NCBI GenBank assembly: GCA_018223105.1
Contig: JAAEYY010000010.1
Coordinates: 34,812 to 98,811, forward strand
Direction: 5' to 3'
DNA: 64,000 nt
From: a bacterium
Lineage (GTDB): Bacteria; Bacteroidota; Bacteroidia; NS11-12g; UBA9320
The notes under the pieces are model-generated. The model was not told the origin of the DNA and searched no databases. It saw only the letters and a list, made by a program, of their open reading frames with translations. Made by a program: the position numbers and the translations under genes. Every line of letters begins with the position of its first letter. Within the stretch, counting starts at the first letter, position 1. Positions 47,701 to 57,671 of the stretch are shown here, piece after piece.

Positions 47701-48080
47701 ATAAAAGAAATAAAATTATCTATTGGGTAGCAAGTATCTGGCTAGCCTTGGCCATGCTTGCAAGTGCAGTACAGCAAATTTTTAATATCGGTGGATTTGA
47801 AGAAATTATGGAGCGTCTGGATTATCCTCCTTATTTCTCTGTCATCATTGGCATATGGAAAGTGGCCGGTGTTGTGGTCCTATTATTACCCAGACTCCCC
47901 ACTATTAAGGAATGGGCTTATGCAGGATTCTTTTTTGTGATGACGGGTGCTCTATTTTCACATATAGCAGTAGGCGACCCTCTTACAGAAGCTATTCCTT
48001 CCATTGTTTTATTGGTAATGGTCCTTACTTCTTGGTATTTTAGACCTCTAAATAGAAAATTAAACATGGCAAACCCATGA
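47697..48080 (+). CDS. DoxX-like membrane protein
   Basis: LDYPPYF, IKEWAYAGFFF, SWYFRP. Confidence 0.85.
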   Translation: MNKRNKIIYWVASIWLALAMLASAVQQIFNIGGFEEIMERLDYPPYFSVIIGIWKVAGVVVLLLPRLPTIKEWAYAGFFFVMTGALFSHIAVGDPLTEAIPSIVLLVMVLTSWYFRPLNRKLNMANP

Positions 48081-48721
48081 AAATCGAACTCAACCCTCTC
48101 GTAGACAAATACCTCATCGACGGCTGCATGCGCTGCAAGTACGGCGCTACGCCTCAATGCAAGGTGCTAAATTGGACCGCAGAACTGGAGTTGCTTCGGC
48201 AGATTGCCTTGGAATCCGGACTCACAGAAGAAATTAAATGGGGCGTTCCGGTTTACACAGATCAAGGTAGAAACATCGTAACAGTCAACGCACTGAAAGA
48301 GTCAGCTAACATTGGCTTTTTCAAAGGAGTGCTGCTGAAAGATGATCACAAGATCCTTCAGCAACAGGGAAATATTCAATCTGATCGTATAGTGAGGTTT
48401 ACAAAGCTCGATGATATAAGAAAAATAGAAGATGTTTTAAAATCCTATATCGCGGAAGCAATAGAAATAGAGCGAAGTGGTAAAAAGGTGGAGTTCAAAA
48501 AGAATCCTGAACCTCTGCCTGATGAGCTATTGGAGGAATTGGAGTCGGACCCCATCTTTAAAAACGCCTTTTATTCGCTCACTCCGGGCCGACAAAGAGG
48601 CTATGTAATTTATTTTTCACAACCAAAGAAGTCCGAGACCAGAAAGAGCAGGATAGAGAAATATAAGAATTGGATTTTTGAGGGGATTGGGATGCATGAT
48701 AAGTATAAGAGTGGTATATAA
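48077..48721 (+). CDS. YdeI/OmpD-associated (DUF1801) family protein
   Basis: EEIKWGVPVY, GFFKGVLL, FYSLTPGRQRGY. Confidence 0.88.
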   Translation: MKIELNPLVDKYLIDGCMRCKYGATPQCKVLNWTAELELLRQIALESGLTEEIKWGVPVYTDQGRNIVTVNALKESANIGFFKGVLLKDDHKILQQQGNIQSDRIVRFTKLDDIRKIEDVLKSYIAEAIEIERSGKKVEFKKNPEPLPDELLEELESDPIFKNAFYSLTPGRQRGYVIYFSQPKKSETRKSRIEKYKNWIFEGIGMHDKYKSGI

Positions 48722-48760
48722 CCATATAATATAACTGATAAAAGTACGTTAATTTGCATT

Positions 48761-49147
48761 GTGTTAAGTCGAATGAGTGATAGCATTTTTACTAAAATCC
48801 TGTGTGGATTGATGGGGCTCTATTTGCTTAATATTAGCGTTGATACTGCAGATTTAAACTCAGATTCTGTCTCAGAAGACTTGTCTATCAACGACCAAGA
48901 AAGCATTGTAGAAATAGTGGTGGAAAAGATATTAGGCTTTGAAAACGCCATAAAGGAATATGACGATCACGATTCGGAAGACCAGAATAAGAAAAAGAAT
49001 GTAAATATTGACTTTTTGTTTTATGGTGGCGTTATAAGAAATAACAGCCACAATGAACTTAATAAAGGGAATAAGCTTTATTCTGAATACGGAGGGCGAT
49101 TAACCAAAGGCTTTAAGGAAATAGATTGCCCACCACCCAAAGTTTGA
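48761..49147 (+). CDS. Hypothetical protein (ends in PPPK)
   Basis: LLNISVD..NDQESIVE.VVEKILG..AIKEYDD; PPP-ending pattern common in Bacteroidota. Confidence 0.7.
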   Translation: MLSRMSDSIFTKILCGLMGLYLLNISVDTADLNSDSVSEDLSINDQESIVEIVVEKILGFENAIKEYDDHDSEDQNKKKNVNIDFLFYGGVIRNNSHNELNKGNKLYSEYGGRLTKGFKEIDCPPPKV

Positions 49148-49223
49148 TTTGTTTTTGAAACTGTAAATCTCCACACGACTATAGTGTTCGGGGAAATCAT
49201 TAACACTTTTAAACAAATCAAAT

Positions 49224-50075
49224 ATGAACATCAAAAAACAATTGATGCTAATCGCGGTATTGGCATCTTCTACATATTGCATTGCTCAAGTAACCGATGC
49301 AGAAAAAGATAGTCTTTACATCCAACAATTTGAAGATCAAAAAGAACCTGATAAAGTTTTACATGCTGAACCACTGTACATTGACCTGATTCGTGATTTG
49401 GGTGCAAGGAAAGGTGAAAGGGAATGGAACATAGGATTAGGTATGACGGACAAGTTAAAATTTGACTCTTATGAATCCTTGGTAGAATATGAGTGGGCAC
49501 CTGTTGACCGGTTAGGCTTAGAAGTAGAATTGCCTTTTACCTTTTACTCACCAATTAATGGAACTGTTAAAGATTCTATTCCTTCAAATCAATTAAATAG
49601 CATTAAAATAGCGGCACAGTGGTCTTTCTTTGTAAGTGACCCAATGGCTACATCCATGGCAATTGGATATATCAATGAGTTTGAATTGTCGGACTTCAGA
49701 AATTTTGGCAAGCCCTTAGTAAAAGGGAATGTGTATAATCCATTCTTTGTAATCGCAAAACGCTGGGGTAATAACTTTCATTCTTTGGTCTACACCGGTC
49801 CAATGATGGAGCAAAACTTTAGTTCAAGTAAAGTTAATACGACATATGAGGTAAATTTAAGTTTACACTATATGATTTCAGGGACTCGGAACTTCATTGG
49901 AGTGGAGTTTAATAAAACCTTTGGATACGGAGACTTCGACATGACCATTAGACCACAAATGAGACTGGGAATTGCAGATAATTTGTTGGTCGGAATTGTT
50001 GCAGGAATACCGGTAAATCGAGAAAATGAGAGACTAAGCTCTTTTGTTCGATTAATATGGGAACCGGGTCATTAG
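49224..50075 (+). CDS. HAEPLYID family protein
   Basis: Literal KVLHAEPLYIDLIRDLGARKGE motif; signal peptide. Confidence 0.9.
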   Translation: MNIKKQLMLIAVLASSTYCIAQVTDAEKDSLYIQQFEDQKEPDKVLHAEPLYIDLIRDLGARKGEREWNIGLGMTDKLKFDSYESLVEYEWAPVDRLGLEVELPFTFYSPINGTVKDSIPSNQLNSIKIAAQWSFFVSDPMATSMAIGYINEFELSDFRNFGKPLVKGNVYNPFFVIAKRWGNNFHSLVYTGPMMEQNFSSSKVNTTYEVNLSLHYMISGTRNFIGVEFNKTFGYGDFDMTIRPQMRLGIADNLLVGIVAGIPVNRENERLSSFVRLIWEPGH

Positions 50076-50242
50076 GAGAAACGCAATGTAATTTGGGTTT
50101 AAGGCCTATTAATCGGCTGTAATACACCATTGGGAAGAATTATCTTCAGCCAGTGTAGCATGAACATTTATTTCATTCTTTTTGCTCTTGAAACATTAAA
50201 GTGAGAGACAAATTCTCTATGTTTTTGATGCACTAATTGATT

Positions 50243-50425
50243 TTACTCTTCAAATCTTGGACGTAATGGCTTAGAAGTAATAATCACATATGCTATCAGG
50301 GGCGATAGGAAGATTGCAATCAATAAAGCACGTTTGAAACTGATTTCTCTTCTCTCACTTTCCTGTTTAGCCATCAGAAATCCGAGAACGATATAAATCA
50401 AACTCATTAATGGGAAAAGGATCAT
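50243..50425 (-). CDS. Small membrane protein
   Basis: Two hydrophobic segments, REISF..ALLIAIFLSPLIA. Confidence 0.6.
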   Translation of the reverse strand: MILFPLMSLIYIVLGFLMAKQESERREISFKRALLIAIFLSPLIAYVIITSKPLRPRFEE

Positions 50426-50463
50426 CTGTTCAAATTTAAGCGATAAATCTTCAGCATCTAAAA

Positions 50464-50513
50464 ATCACTCCTCCATATAGGATTTATAGTTCACAAAGCC
50501 ATCTACAAAAACT
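50464..50513. repeat. 50-bp direct repeat, copy 1 (displaced 3' end of lipoprotein gene)
   Basis: 45/50 identical to 51611-51660. Confidence 0.88.
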
Positions 50514-50640
50514 GTCTATGCTAATTAAAGCTAGAGAATTTAAACTTTCTTGCTGATTTTCGCGTCTAAGGTTGGAACTTTTTCGGCTCGATTTCAACAA
50601 AATAGCTTTTAAAAAAGTAAATAAAAATTTACCTTTGCTT

Positions 50641-50829
50641 GTGAAGTGTTCCGAAGTTTACCGAATTTTAAAGGAAGATGGATGGTATCCGGTTTCTCAA
50701 AAAGGTTCACATGTAAAATTAAGACATGACTCAAAAGAAGGAACAATTATTTTTCCAAATCACGGTAGTCAGGAACTAGGTAAAGGCTTAGAGAAGAAAC
50801 TATTTAAACAAGCAGGAATCAAGAGATAA
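50641..50829 (+). CDS. hicA: HicA family toxin
   Basis: GWY...QKGSH.KLRH, PNHGSQELGKG; start placed at GTG 50641 after TACCTTTG; palindrome GTAAAT-N4-ATTTAC at 50617-50632. Confidence 0.9.
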   Translation: MKCSEVYRILKEDGWYPVSQKGSHVKLRHDSKEGTIIFPNHGSQELGKGLEKKLFKQAGIKR

Positions 50830-50833
50830 TAGT

Positions 50834-51223
50834 ATGAAAAAACTGAAGAAGAAAATTACAGTCGTAGTAGAGAAAACAGATACCGGTTATTCTGCCTACT
50901 CCGAAGAAAATGCAGTTTTTACTACGGCCAAAGATGTTCCGGAGCTGTATATAAACTTGATTGAGGCATTAAACTTAGTCTATGAAGAACAAGGCTATGA
51001 AGTAAGTGCAGACAATCTAAAGTTGCAGTTAGATCTTCAGCAGTTCTTTCAATATTATAAAGTACTCAATTCTAACTTTTTAGCTAAGAGAATTGGTATG
51101 AATCCTACCTTGCTTTCACAATATGTCAGAGGGAAGAAAACACCATCGGAGAAACAAACCAATAAGATTATTGAAGGAATAAGAACGATTGGAAAAGAGC
51201 TTGCGGATCTAAGTTTGGTATAA
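50834..51223 (+). CDS. hicB: HicB-like antitoxin with C-terminal HTH
   Basis: VEKTDTGYSAY N-terminus; LAKRIGMNPTLLSQYVRGKK HTH. Confidence 0.85.
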   Translation: MKKLKKKITVVVEKTDTGYSAYSEENAVFTTAKDVPELYINLIEALNLVYEEQGYEVSADNLKLQLDLQQFFQYYKVLNSNFLAKRIGMNPTLLSQYVRGKKTPSEKQTNKIIEGIRTIGKELADLSLV

Positions 51224-51229
51224 AAATAA

Positions 51230-51610
51230 ATGAATATGTCAAACTACATCGATGCATTTGTATTTCCAATAGCCGAGAAGTACTTGAATGAGTATAAGGA
51301 AATTGTGGAGCAAGTGGCGGAAATATGGAAAGAATACGGCGCACTTTCTTATAACGAATTTGTTGGGGATGATTTGCACTTAGAAGGTACTCGTTCTTTT
51401 ATAGACGCAATTGAAGTAAAAGCCGATGATGAAGTAATTTTTGGATGGGTAGTTTTTCCATCAAAAGTGGTAAGGGATGAGGCAAATAGGAAGGTTCCTG
51501 TTGACCCCAGGATGGAAAAATTAGTAGCACCTTTGGTAGACCCAAAGCGTATGATTTTTAATGCCGATAGAATGGTATATGGCGGTTTTAAAGCCTTAGT
51601 TCAGAAATAG
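51230..51610 (+). CDS. DUF1428 (YbaA-like) protein
   Basis: YIDAFV, WKEYGAL, DPRM, RMVYGGF. Confidence 0.88.
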   Translation: MNMSNYIDAFVFPIAEKYLNEYKEIVEQVAEIWKEYGALSYNEFVGDDLHLEGTRSFIDAIEVKADDEVIFGWVVFPSKVVRDEANRKVPVDPRMEKLVAPLVDPKRMIFNADRMVYGGFKALVQK

Positions 51611-51660
51611 ATCACTCCTCCATATAAGATCCATAGCCCACAAAGCCATCTACAAAAACT
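51611..51660. repeat. 50-bp direct repeat, copy 2
   Basis: Forms the 3' end of the 51612-52040 gene; matches 50464-50513. Confidence 0.88.
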
Positions 51661-52040
51661 CCAAATACTTCACCGGCGTCTAAGCCTCGAAAGGTTTGTA
51701 CATAACGGTGTCGCTTCGGATTATGATAAATGACATATAGGGTCATGACCTCATCTCCGGCCATCATGGCCACCCTTAAATTCTCTTGCTTCACATCGAA
51801 TTGGGAATGTATGTTTCCAATAATCTCTCCGACCTCTTCCCAACCTCCGGTATTAGTGGCAAACCAATCTATTACAGCCTGGTGTTCCGCTGTTCCGGGT
51901 TTAATCTCAACTTCTTGTTGGTTTGTGTTATCAATGAAGAAAAACGACTCATTCGGATTGATTTGCGCAACAAAATCTTGGGAGCTGCAAGAGGATAGTA
52001 GAGCAATACAGCTTAAAAAGAGGTAAAATGAAGTTTTCAT
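51612..52040 (-). CDS. Hypothetical lipoprotein
   Basis: Start placed at ATG 52040: MKTSFYLFLSCIALLSSC lipobox. Confidence 0.7.
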   Translation of the reverse strand: MKTSFYLFLSCIALLSSCSSQDFVAQINPNESFFFIDNTNQQEVEIKPGTAEHQAVIDWFATNTGGWEEVGEIIGNIHSQFDVKQENLRVAMMAGDEVMTLYVIYHNPKRHRYVQTFRGLDAGEVFGVFVDGFVGYGSYMEE

Positions 52041-52224
52041 GGTATGGCGTATAATTTGCAATTTATGAAATATGAACATGAGTTGAATCTTTTGAAATCT
52101 CCTGGCAATTAAATTATGTATGAAACTGAGCCATTGAAAAGCCGGCTTATTAACAGGGCGTATTATTTCAAACGCAAACATAACCCACTGAAAATATGAC
52201 AATTAGATTATTTTCGTAAGACTA

Positions 52225-52626
52225 ATGCAAAGATTGAAATCTATCATCTTTATTGATGATGACCATGCTACTAACTTATTAAACCTAAAAACCATACATG
52301 CTTCCGGTTTTGATGGGGAAGTGGAGGTTTTCAGATCAGCAGAAGATGCTTTAATTCATTTAACTTCAAAAAAGAATGGGACCTACCCTCGACCTAATAT
52401 CGTATTTCTGGATCTGAACATGCCGGGCATGGATGGCTGGGGCTTTTTGAAACAGTTCAGCTTGCTTCACCCGGCACAACTTGCCAATGCCAAAGTGATT
52501 ATTCTCACTTCTTCTGTTGACCCTACAGACAAGAAAGCGGCACTTCAAAATTCATTGGTTGCCGACTTTGTTGTTAAGCCTTTGAAACAAGAGGAATTTA
52601 AAGGGATATTGAAGCGGCATTTTTAA
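52225..52626 (+). CDS. Single-domain response regulator
   Basis: FIDDD, FLDLNMPGMDGW, LTSS, VKPL. Confidence 0.92.
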   Translation: MQRLKSIIFIDDDHATNLLNLKTIHASGFDGEVEVFRSAEDALIHLTSKKNGTYPRPNIVFLDLNMPGMDGWGFLKQFSLLHPAQLANAKVIILTSSVDPTDKKAALQNSLVADFVVKPLKQEEFKGILKRHF

Positions 52627-54731
52627 TTCCTCACCACCTTATGCACCGAAGCCGGAAGCGCATCCGTTTGAACCACAACATAATAAATTCCGCTTTCTTC
52701 CGGTAGGTCAAAATTATAGAACAAAGTCTCACGTTTAAGTTTTAATGAGCTCACTAAACGACCTTGAGCGTCATAGATCTTGATCTGAGTCCCCGACTGT
52801 GCAGTTCCAAATGTCAAACTTAGCCTTCCTGAGCTGGGGTTAGGATGCAATGAAAGCGAATCGGATGTAATGAGAATATCGGGATTAATATCTTCTACAT
52901 TCACTAATTGACACCCGGATTCAGCATAGCAAGTTCCATTAAAAACCCTCAAGCTGTATAGTCCCGGTTCTCTGGGTCGAAAGATGAAATGGATCGCACC
53001 CGGTATCGTATCTCCGGTGTAGCAGTTAATCCATCGATACTCAGGATAAAACCTTTTCTCTGCAATCATATCGCCGCCAACGTACTCAAATGCTGCATCG
53101 GGTATGTCATTTGAATAATTTATGTTGATGATGCTATCACAACCCTCACTAGAACGAATTGTGTCGAGATAATTTCCTGTTTTATAAAAAAATGAGCCAC
53201 TGGGAGCTGAGTAAATATCACAAGCGGAGTGAATATCCAAACTTGAATATTTTGTTGGATAAACTTCAAGCTTTGCATTGATGTAGTTTATACAATTATC
53301 TGAAGTACAAAATGTATCGCTAAACTCCGTATTTTTATCAAATTCAAAACGTTGAGATGGACTTACATAATGTTCACATGCTTTAATAATGGTATCAATT
53401 TCTGAAGTAAGGCAACTAGATTTAAGGTAGTGAACTACAACTCCAGCTTGTATTGTTCTAGCAGTACCTGAGAAAATATCAGCAGATGGATCAGAAAAAA
53501 ATACAGCATCGCGAGTTACCAGCATATTATTGGTGGTTGAGAAACTAGGGCTGCTTATCACATTTTTAAATTCCAAACCATGATTTTCATATTTGTAAAT
53601 CAACCCGGTGCACCTCTCTGTTTTTGGTGTGTTTTCATTATCCGTTTTAGAAACATTTCCAATTCTAACATTTAAATAGATATACCCATCTCTGAAAACT
53701 ACGTTTTCTGCTTCTTCAAATTGCGCCAGAACTTTGTTGTGTTCTAATGAAACATATTCAAATTCCCCTGAATTTATATCGATTACTACTAAATCTTGCC
53801 TAAAACCATTGTAATGCACCAAGGCATAGATCTTGTCTACACCTAAGGCCAAACTATGGCCGAGTTTATGATGTCTTTGTGGATGAGGTGAGACAAATTG
53901 TTTATCCAGTTCCCAGAGACCGGTGTCATTTTTTGAATAAAGGTATATTTTCCCACCATCAGCGTCATAAGGAAGATTGTTCACTCCATAAGAATGCTCC
54001 GGTGCTGAAACAGCTAAGAAAGATTCGTTTAAGCTTAAAGACCAGCCAAAAAAATCACCTGAGTAGCGGTGAGGAGGTGTTAAGGATTGAGTAATAGCCC
54101 ATTCATTCGAACTTGTTTGTTTTAAGATATGTACAATACCTGCATTATTTAATTCATTGGAATCATGTTCATCTAATGAATAGGTTCGTAGTCCAACTGC
54201 TACCTGATCTTTATATGCTGATAAAGAGGATATGCTCATCAATCTATGATGTTTTGCAGGTATATCTACATAACCTTTATATTCCCATTCATCTGATGGG
54301 CTAAGTTTGAAGTAATGTATTTGTGGTTTCCTAAAAATTTCTTGTACGTCTGTGTTGTAATACTCATATGTGACACTTACGAAATAGAAACTGTCCACCA
54401 TTAAAGAATAAAAACCGTATTGTTGACTATGTACGTTAGTAAGATGTAATTCTGTTCTATTTAGAATTTCGCCTGTCTGAGGTATCATTTTAATGGCGTA
54501 AATAAAGAATGTGTCAGAAAAATTTCGATTATACCCAGTACACATCAACCAATCACGGTTAAAATCCATAGTTGTCCCAAACTGTCGTCTGCTGACTGGA
54601 TTCGTGGGATGAGATGTGATAGTTTGAAGTTCATCGTATTTAATGATTTCCTCTTGAGCTCTTAGCTCCTGCACATTGAAGCAGGTCATACAAATACAAT
54701 AAATAAAAAATATTCGAAGGATTGGGGTCAC
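52623..54731 (-). CDS. T9SS-secreted FG-GAP propeller protein (paralog 1)
   Basis: Signal peptide, GDFFGWSLSL/NAGIVHI FG-GAP motifs, CxxYxxPS..GCDS repeats, HPNPS CTD. Confidence 0.85.
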   Translation of the reverse strand: MTPILRIFFIYCICMTCFNVQELRAQEEIIKYDELQTITSHPTNPVSRRQFGTTMDFNRDWLMCTGYNRNFSDTFFIYAIKMIPQTGEILNRTELHLTNVHSQQYGFYSLMVDSFYFVSVTYEYYNTDVQEIFRKPQIHYFKLSPSDEWEYKGYVDIPAKHHRLMSISSLSAYKDQVAVGLRTYSLDEHDSNELNNAGIVHILKQTSSNEWAITQSLTPPHRYSGDFFGWSLSLNESFLAVSAPEHSYGVNNLPYDADGGKIYLYSKNDTGLWELDKQFVSPHPQRHHKLGHSLALGVDKIYALVHYNGFRQDLVVIDINSGEFEYVSLEHNKVLAQFEEAENVVFRDGYIYLNVRIGNVSKTDNENTPKTERCTGLIYKYENHGLEFKNVISSPSFSTTNNMLVTRDAVFFSDPSADIFSGTARTIQAGVVVHYLKSSCLTSEIDTIIKACEHYVSPSQRFEFDKNTEFSDTFCTSDNCINYINAKLEVYPTKYSSLDIHSACDIYSAPSGSFFYKTGNYLDTIRSSEGCDSIININYSNDIPDAAFEYVGGDMIAEKRFYPEYRWINCYTGDTIPGAIHFIFRPREPGLYSLRVFNGTCYAESGCQLVNVEDINPDILITSDSLSLHPNPSSGRLSLTFGTAQSGTQIKIYDAQGRLVSSLKLKRETLFYNFDLPEESGIYYVVVQTDALPASVHKVVRN

Positions 54732-54826
54732 TAGTCAAAAGTAGACTTTTCTTTAGTCAGCTGTGTCATTTAAGGTCAATTATTGAGCTAATGCACTTAC
54801 TAAAAAAGAGTTAGCTTTACAATTCA

Positions 54827-55507
54827 ATGAGTCATTCTAGAGACCAACTAATTACTTCTGAAAAAGAACTCCGACAACTGGAAGAACAACATCGCTCAGA
54901 AAAGAATCCTTCTAAAAGAAAGGAACTATTGAAAACAATAAATCTTAAGGATTCTATTCAAAATAGAAAAGTGGCAGAGTACCTTTTGGAACACGACTCT
55001 GAATATGCAGTACTGTACCATCGAAATGTTAATTTATTCAATGGAAATAAAGTAGAAGTTAGCAGTAATGACATGTTTCAAACGTTGACCTTGACATTTC
55101 AACAATATACTTATGGATACACAGGAAAAGTTGACGAGAAAGGCAGTCTGCAACTTTCTGATTCTAAAAAGAACAACGGCTTTTTCAGGGATGCTTTTTT
55201 CTTAGGTAAATATCCTTTGGAGTATAGAGGTTATATCAATGGTTTTGGTAAAGTAGCAATTCAAGTTTCAAAGTTTAAATACGGTTTCATTCTGTATAAG
55301 AAACCTGTAGAAATAGCATTAGAGATCAATGCCGGAGTAGTTTCGGGGAGAGTAATGCACTATAAATTTACATTATTAAGAACCTTAACACCGAAGATGA
55401 AGGTTAAGAATCTACTCCAGGGTGAATCTTTGAAGGAGTTTAATCAAAACAGAGAAATAATGATGGAAGCAATCTTAAACTTTAGAGAGATTTTAATAGA
55501 GGAGTAG
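54827..55507 (+). CDS. Hypothetical protein
   Basis: 226-aa ORF inserted on the opposite strand among the paralogs. Confidence 0.65.
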   Translation: MSHSRDQLITSEKELRQLEEQHRSEKNPSKRKELLKTINLKDSIQNRKVAEYLLEHDSEYAVLYHRNVNLFNGNKVEVSSNDMFQTLTLTFQQYTYGYTGKVDEKGSLQLSDSKKNNGFFRDAFFLGKYPLEYRGYINGFGKVAIQVSKFKYGFILYKKPVEIALEINAGVVSGRVMHYKFTLLRTLTPKMKVKNLLQGESLKEFNQNREIMMEAILNFREILIEE

Positions 55508-55510
55508 GTT

Positions 55511-57586
55511 TTATTCCCGAACCACTTTCACCACCGTTTGCTCAAAATCTGTGGCTTTTATCCGAAGAAAATAAAGTCCGGATTCATGAGGTAGTTCAAT
55601 CTCGTGTTTCCGCAGATCTCGGAGTGAAACTGAATTCACTTTTTGACCTTGGGCATTGTAAATTTCAACCTCTATATCTTCTTGAACTTTATTGAAATCG
55701 AGTGTAATCATTCCAAGGCTCGGGTTTGGGAAGACTAAGATCTCAGATGGCATAAATGAAGGCAAAATATCATCTTCGGAAACGTATAAACAGGCAGATG
55801 TATTGGAGCACCTTCCATCGCTCACGGTGAGTGCATATAGACCGGGTTCTGTGGGTCTAAACCTATGAGAGTTTTCATTGGGAATGGTATCTCCGGTTAT
55901 ACAATTTACCCAGAAATAGAAAGGATAATGGAATTTGTTGGCGATTAAAACACCATTGATCAATTCTATAGAAGCATCGGTATTTAAACTTTTTAAATAA
56001 ATAAAAATAACACTGTCGCAACCCACACTATTTGAAATTGTGTCCCAATACGAGCCGGCGTTTTGTATCACTCTTTTTTTGCTTGGAACCATGAAATTTC
56101 CACAAACTGTGGTATCTATAGATTGAAAGGTTGAATACTTCATATCTAAATCGACATCTAAATAAGTAATACAATGATTCTCATTGATAAAAGTGTCTTT
56201 GTATTGACCAGAAACATTCCATTCTTTGTTCAGTGAAGGTGGTGTGTAATTATCACAAGCACTGAGATTTAGCGAATCAATACTTGCAGTGCAGGATTGC
56301 TCTCCAAAAAGCACGAGTGATCCAACATTGAAATACCTCTGAGAATCTTGATCAGTTTTGTGAGCATTCAAGAGGTTTGCCATCACTTTGTTACCTGAAA
56401 TAGCGATTTTTGGTCCTAGGCTTGCAAAAACATGAGTGAGTATTGCACTTTCAAACTTTAATGTGTCATTAGAAATGCTGTGAATAGTTGCAACACATCG
56501 TTCGTATTGCTCTTCCTCATCATTAGTGATTGTAGTGTAATATCCATATTCTAGTGAGGAGTAAATTTTTTGATTGTGATAATACAATCCTGAGGCCCTG
56601 CCGTATTTTATAGCATAACTGGTATACTCTATATGTCTAAACTCTGAATCTAATGGAGCCTTATAATTTATTCGTTGGTGATAATAGCTTGGTCCATCTC
56701 GTGAAGTGATAAAGAGCCCTGCTTTGCAGATCAAAACATTCCATCCGAATTGTATTTGACTCTGATTTTCAGTTTTAAAGCTATCTGAATAATGCCATTC
56801 ATCTTGTTCATTGAGTTTGTAAAGGTAGACTATACCTTCACTATTTGTAAGGCCATGATGTGGAGCAGAGACCGCCAAGAGGTCTTTGTAAACTGAGACT
56901 GCATATCCGAACCTATCATAGGCTTGTTTACGGGGTCGTTTCAGCGTCTGAGCAAAGGCCCATTTATGCTCTGAGTTTAATTCATAGACATAGGCTGTTC
57001 CTGCTGAAATTAATTGATTATTACTACTATCCCATTGACTTTCTTGAGACGCCCCAACAATGAGATGCCTGTTGTCTGCTGCCAAATTAATGATGCCGGT
57101 TTCTCTCAACGTTTTAAGAGTAATACTTTGATGGGGCTTCCAATCATCATTTTGATCTAATTTGAAGACCTCTAGTCTTGGAACTTGCCAATTGCTACCA
57201 CTTTGATCTTTGTAATTAAATGTGAAATAAAGAAAATAGAAACTATCTGCTGCAGTGCTATTGAGGGTCATTGCTACAGGTGCAAGACTATCTATAATTT
57301 GAATTTCAGTCCTAGCTATTAGGCCTGAAATGGAATCCTCTTTCATGAAAACGACATCCAGCTCTGTATTTGTTTTGTTTTTTGCTTTTGTAGCGATATA
57401 CCAACCCTTGGTGTGAGCTAAAGTATATCCAAAATAACTCTGAGATTCAGGTGGTGAGTCCGGATGATAATAAGTGGCTACACTGTCGTATTTTGTAGCA
57501 GAAGTCTGTGCTTGAAGTTGAAAGCTCAAGGAACATAAACAAAAGCAAAGAAGAAAATAAATGATATGGGGTGGTCTGAGAGGCAT
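55511..57586 (-). CDS. T9SS-secreted FG-GAP propeller protein (paralog 2)
   Basis: YDRFGYAVSV, SAGTAYVY, NSVGCDS, VFPNPS CTD. Confidence 0.85.
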   Translation of the reverse strand: MPLRPPHIIYFLLCFCLCSLSFQLQAQTSATKYDSVATYYHPDSPPESQSYFGYTLAHTKGWYIATKAKNKTNTELDVVFMKEDSISGLIARTEIQIIDSLAPVAMTLNSTAADSFYFLYFTFNYKDQSGSNWQVPRLEVFKLDQNDDWKPHQSITLKTLRETGIINLAADNRHLIVGASQESQWDSSNNQLISAGTAYVYELNSEHKWAFAQTLKRPRKQAYDRFGYAVSVYKDLLAVSAPHHGLTNSEGIVYLYKLNEQDEWHYSDSFKTENQSQIQFGWNVLICKAGLFITSRDGPSYYHQRINYKAPLDSEFRHIEYTSYAIKYGRASGLYYHNQKIYSSLEYGYYTTITNDEEEQYERCVATIHSISNDTLKFESAILTHVFASLGPKIAISGNKVMANLLNAHKTDQDSQRYFNVGSLVLFGEQSCTASIDSLNLSACDNYTPPSLNKEWNVSGQYKDTFINENHCITYLDVDLDMKYSTFQSIDTTVCGNFMVPSKKRVIQNAGSYWDTISNSVGCDSVIFIYLKSLNTDASIELINGVLIANKFHYPFYFWVNCITGDTIPNENSHRFRPTEPGLYALTVSDGRCSNTSACLYVSEDDILPSFMPSEILVFPNPSLGMITLDFNKVQEDIEVEIYNAQGQKVNSVSLRDLRKHEIELPHESGLYFLRIKATDFEQTVVKVVRE

Positions 57587-57671
57587 GCTAGCTTTTCAAA
57601 TGTACATTTATTTATACTCTCATTTTGGCATCTTTTGGTCAAGAAGTAAAAAATAGAGGTTGTGCGTATTA

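Noticed and set aside
50572-50640. Upstream TTG start for hicA; likewise the 52041-52202 extension of the lipoprotein
   Set aside because: These extensions cover promoter/operator DNA; downstream starts give family-typical N-termini
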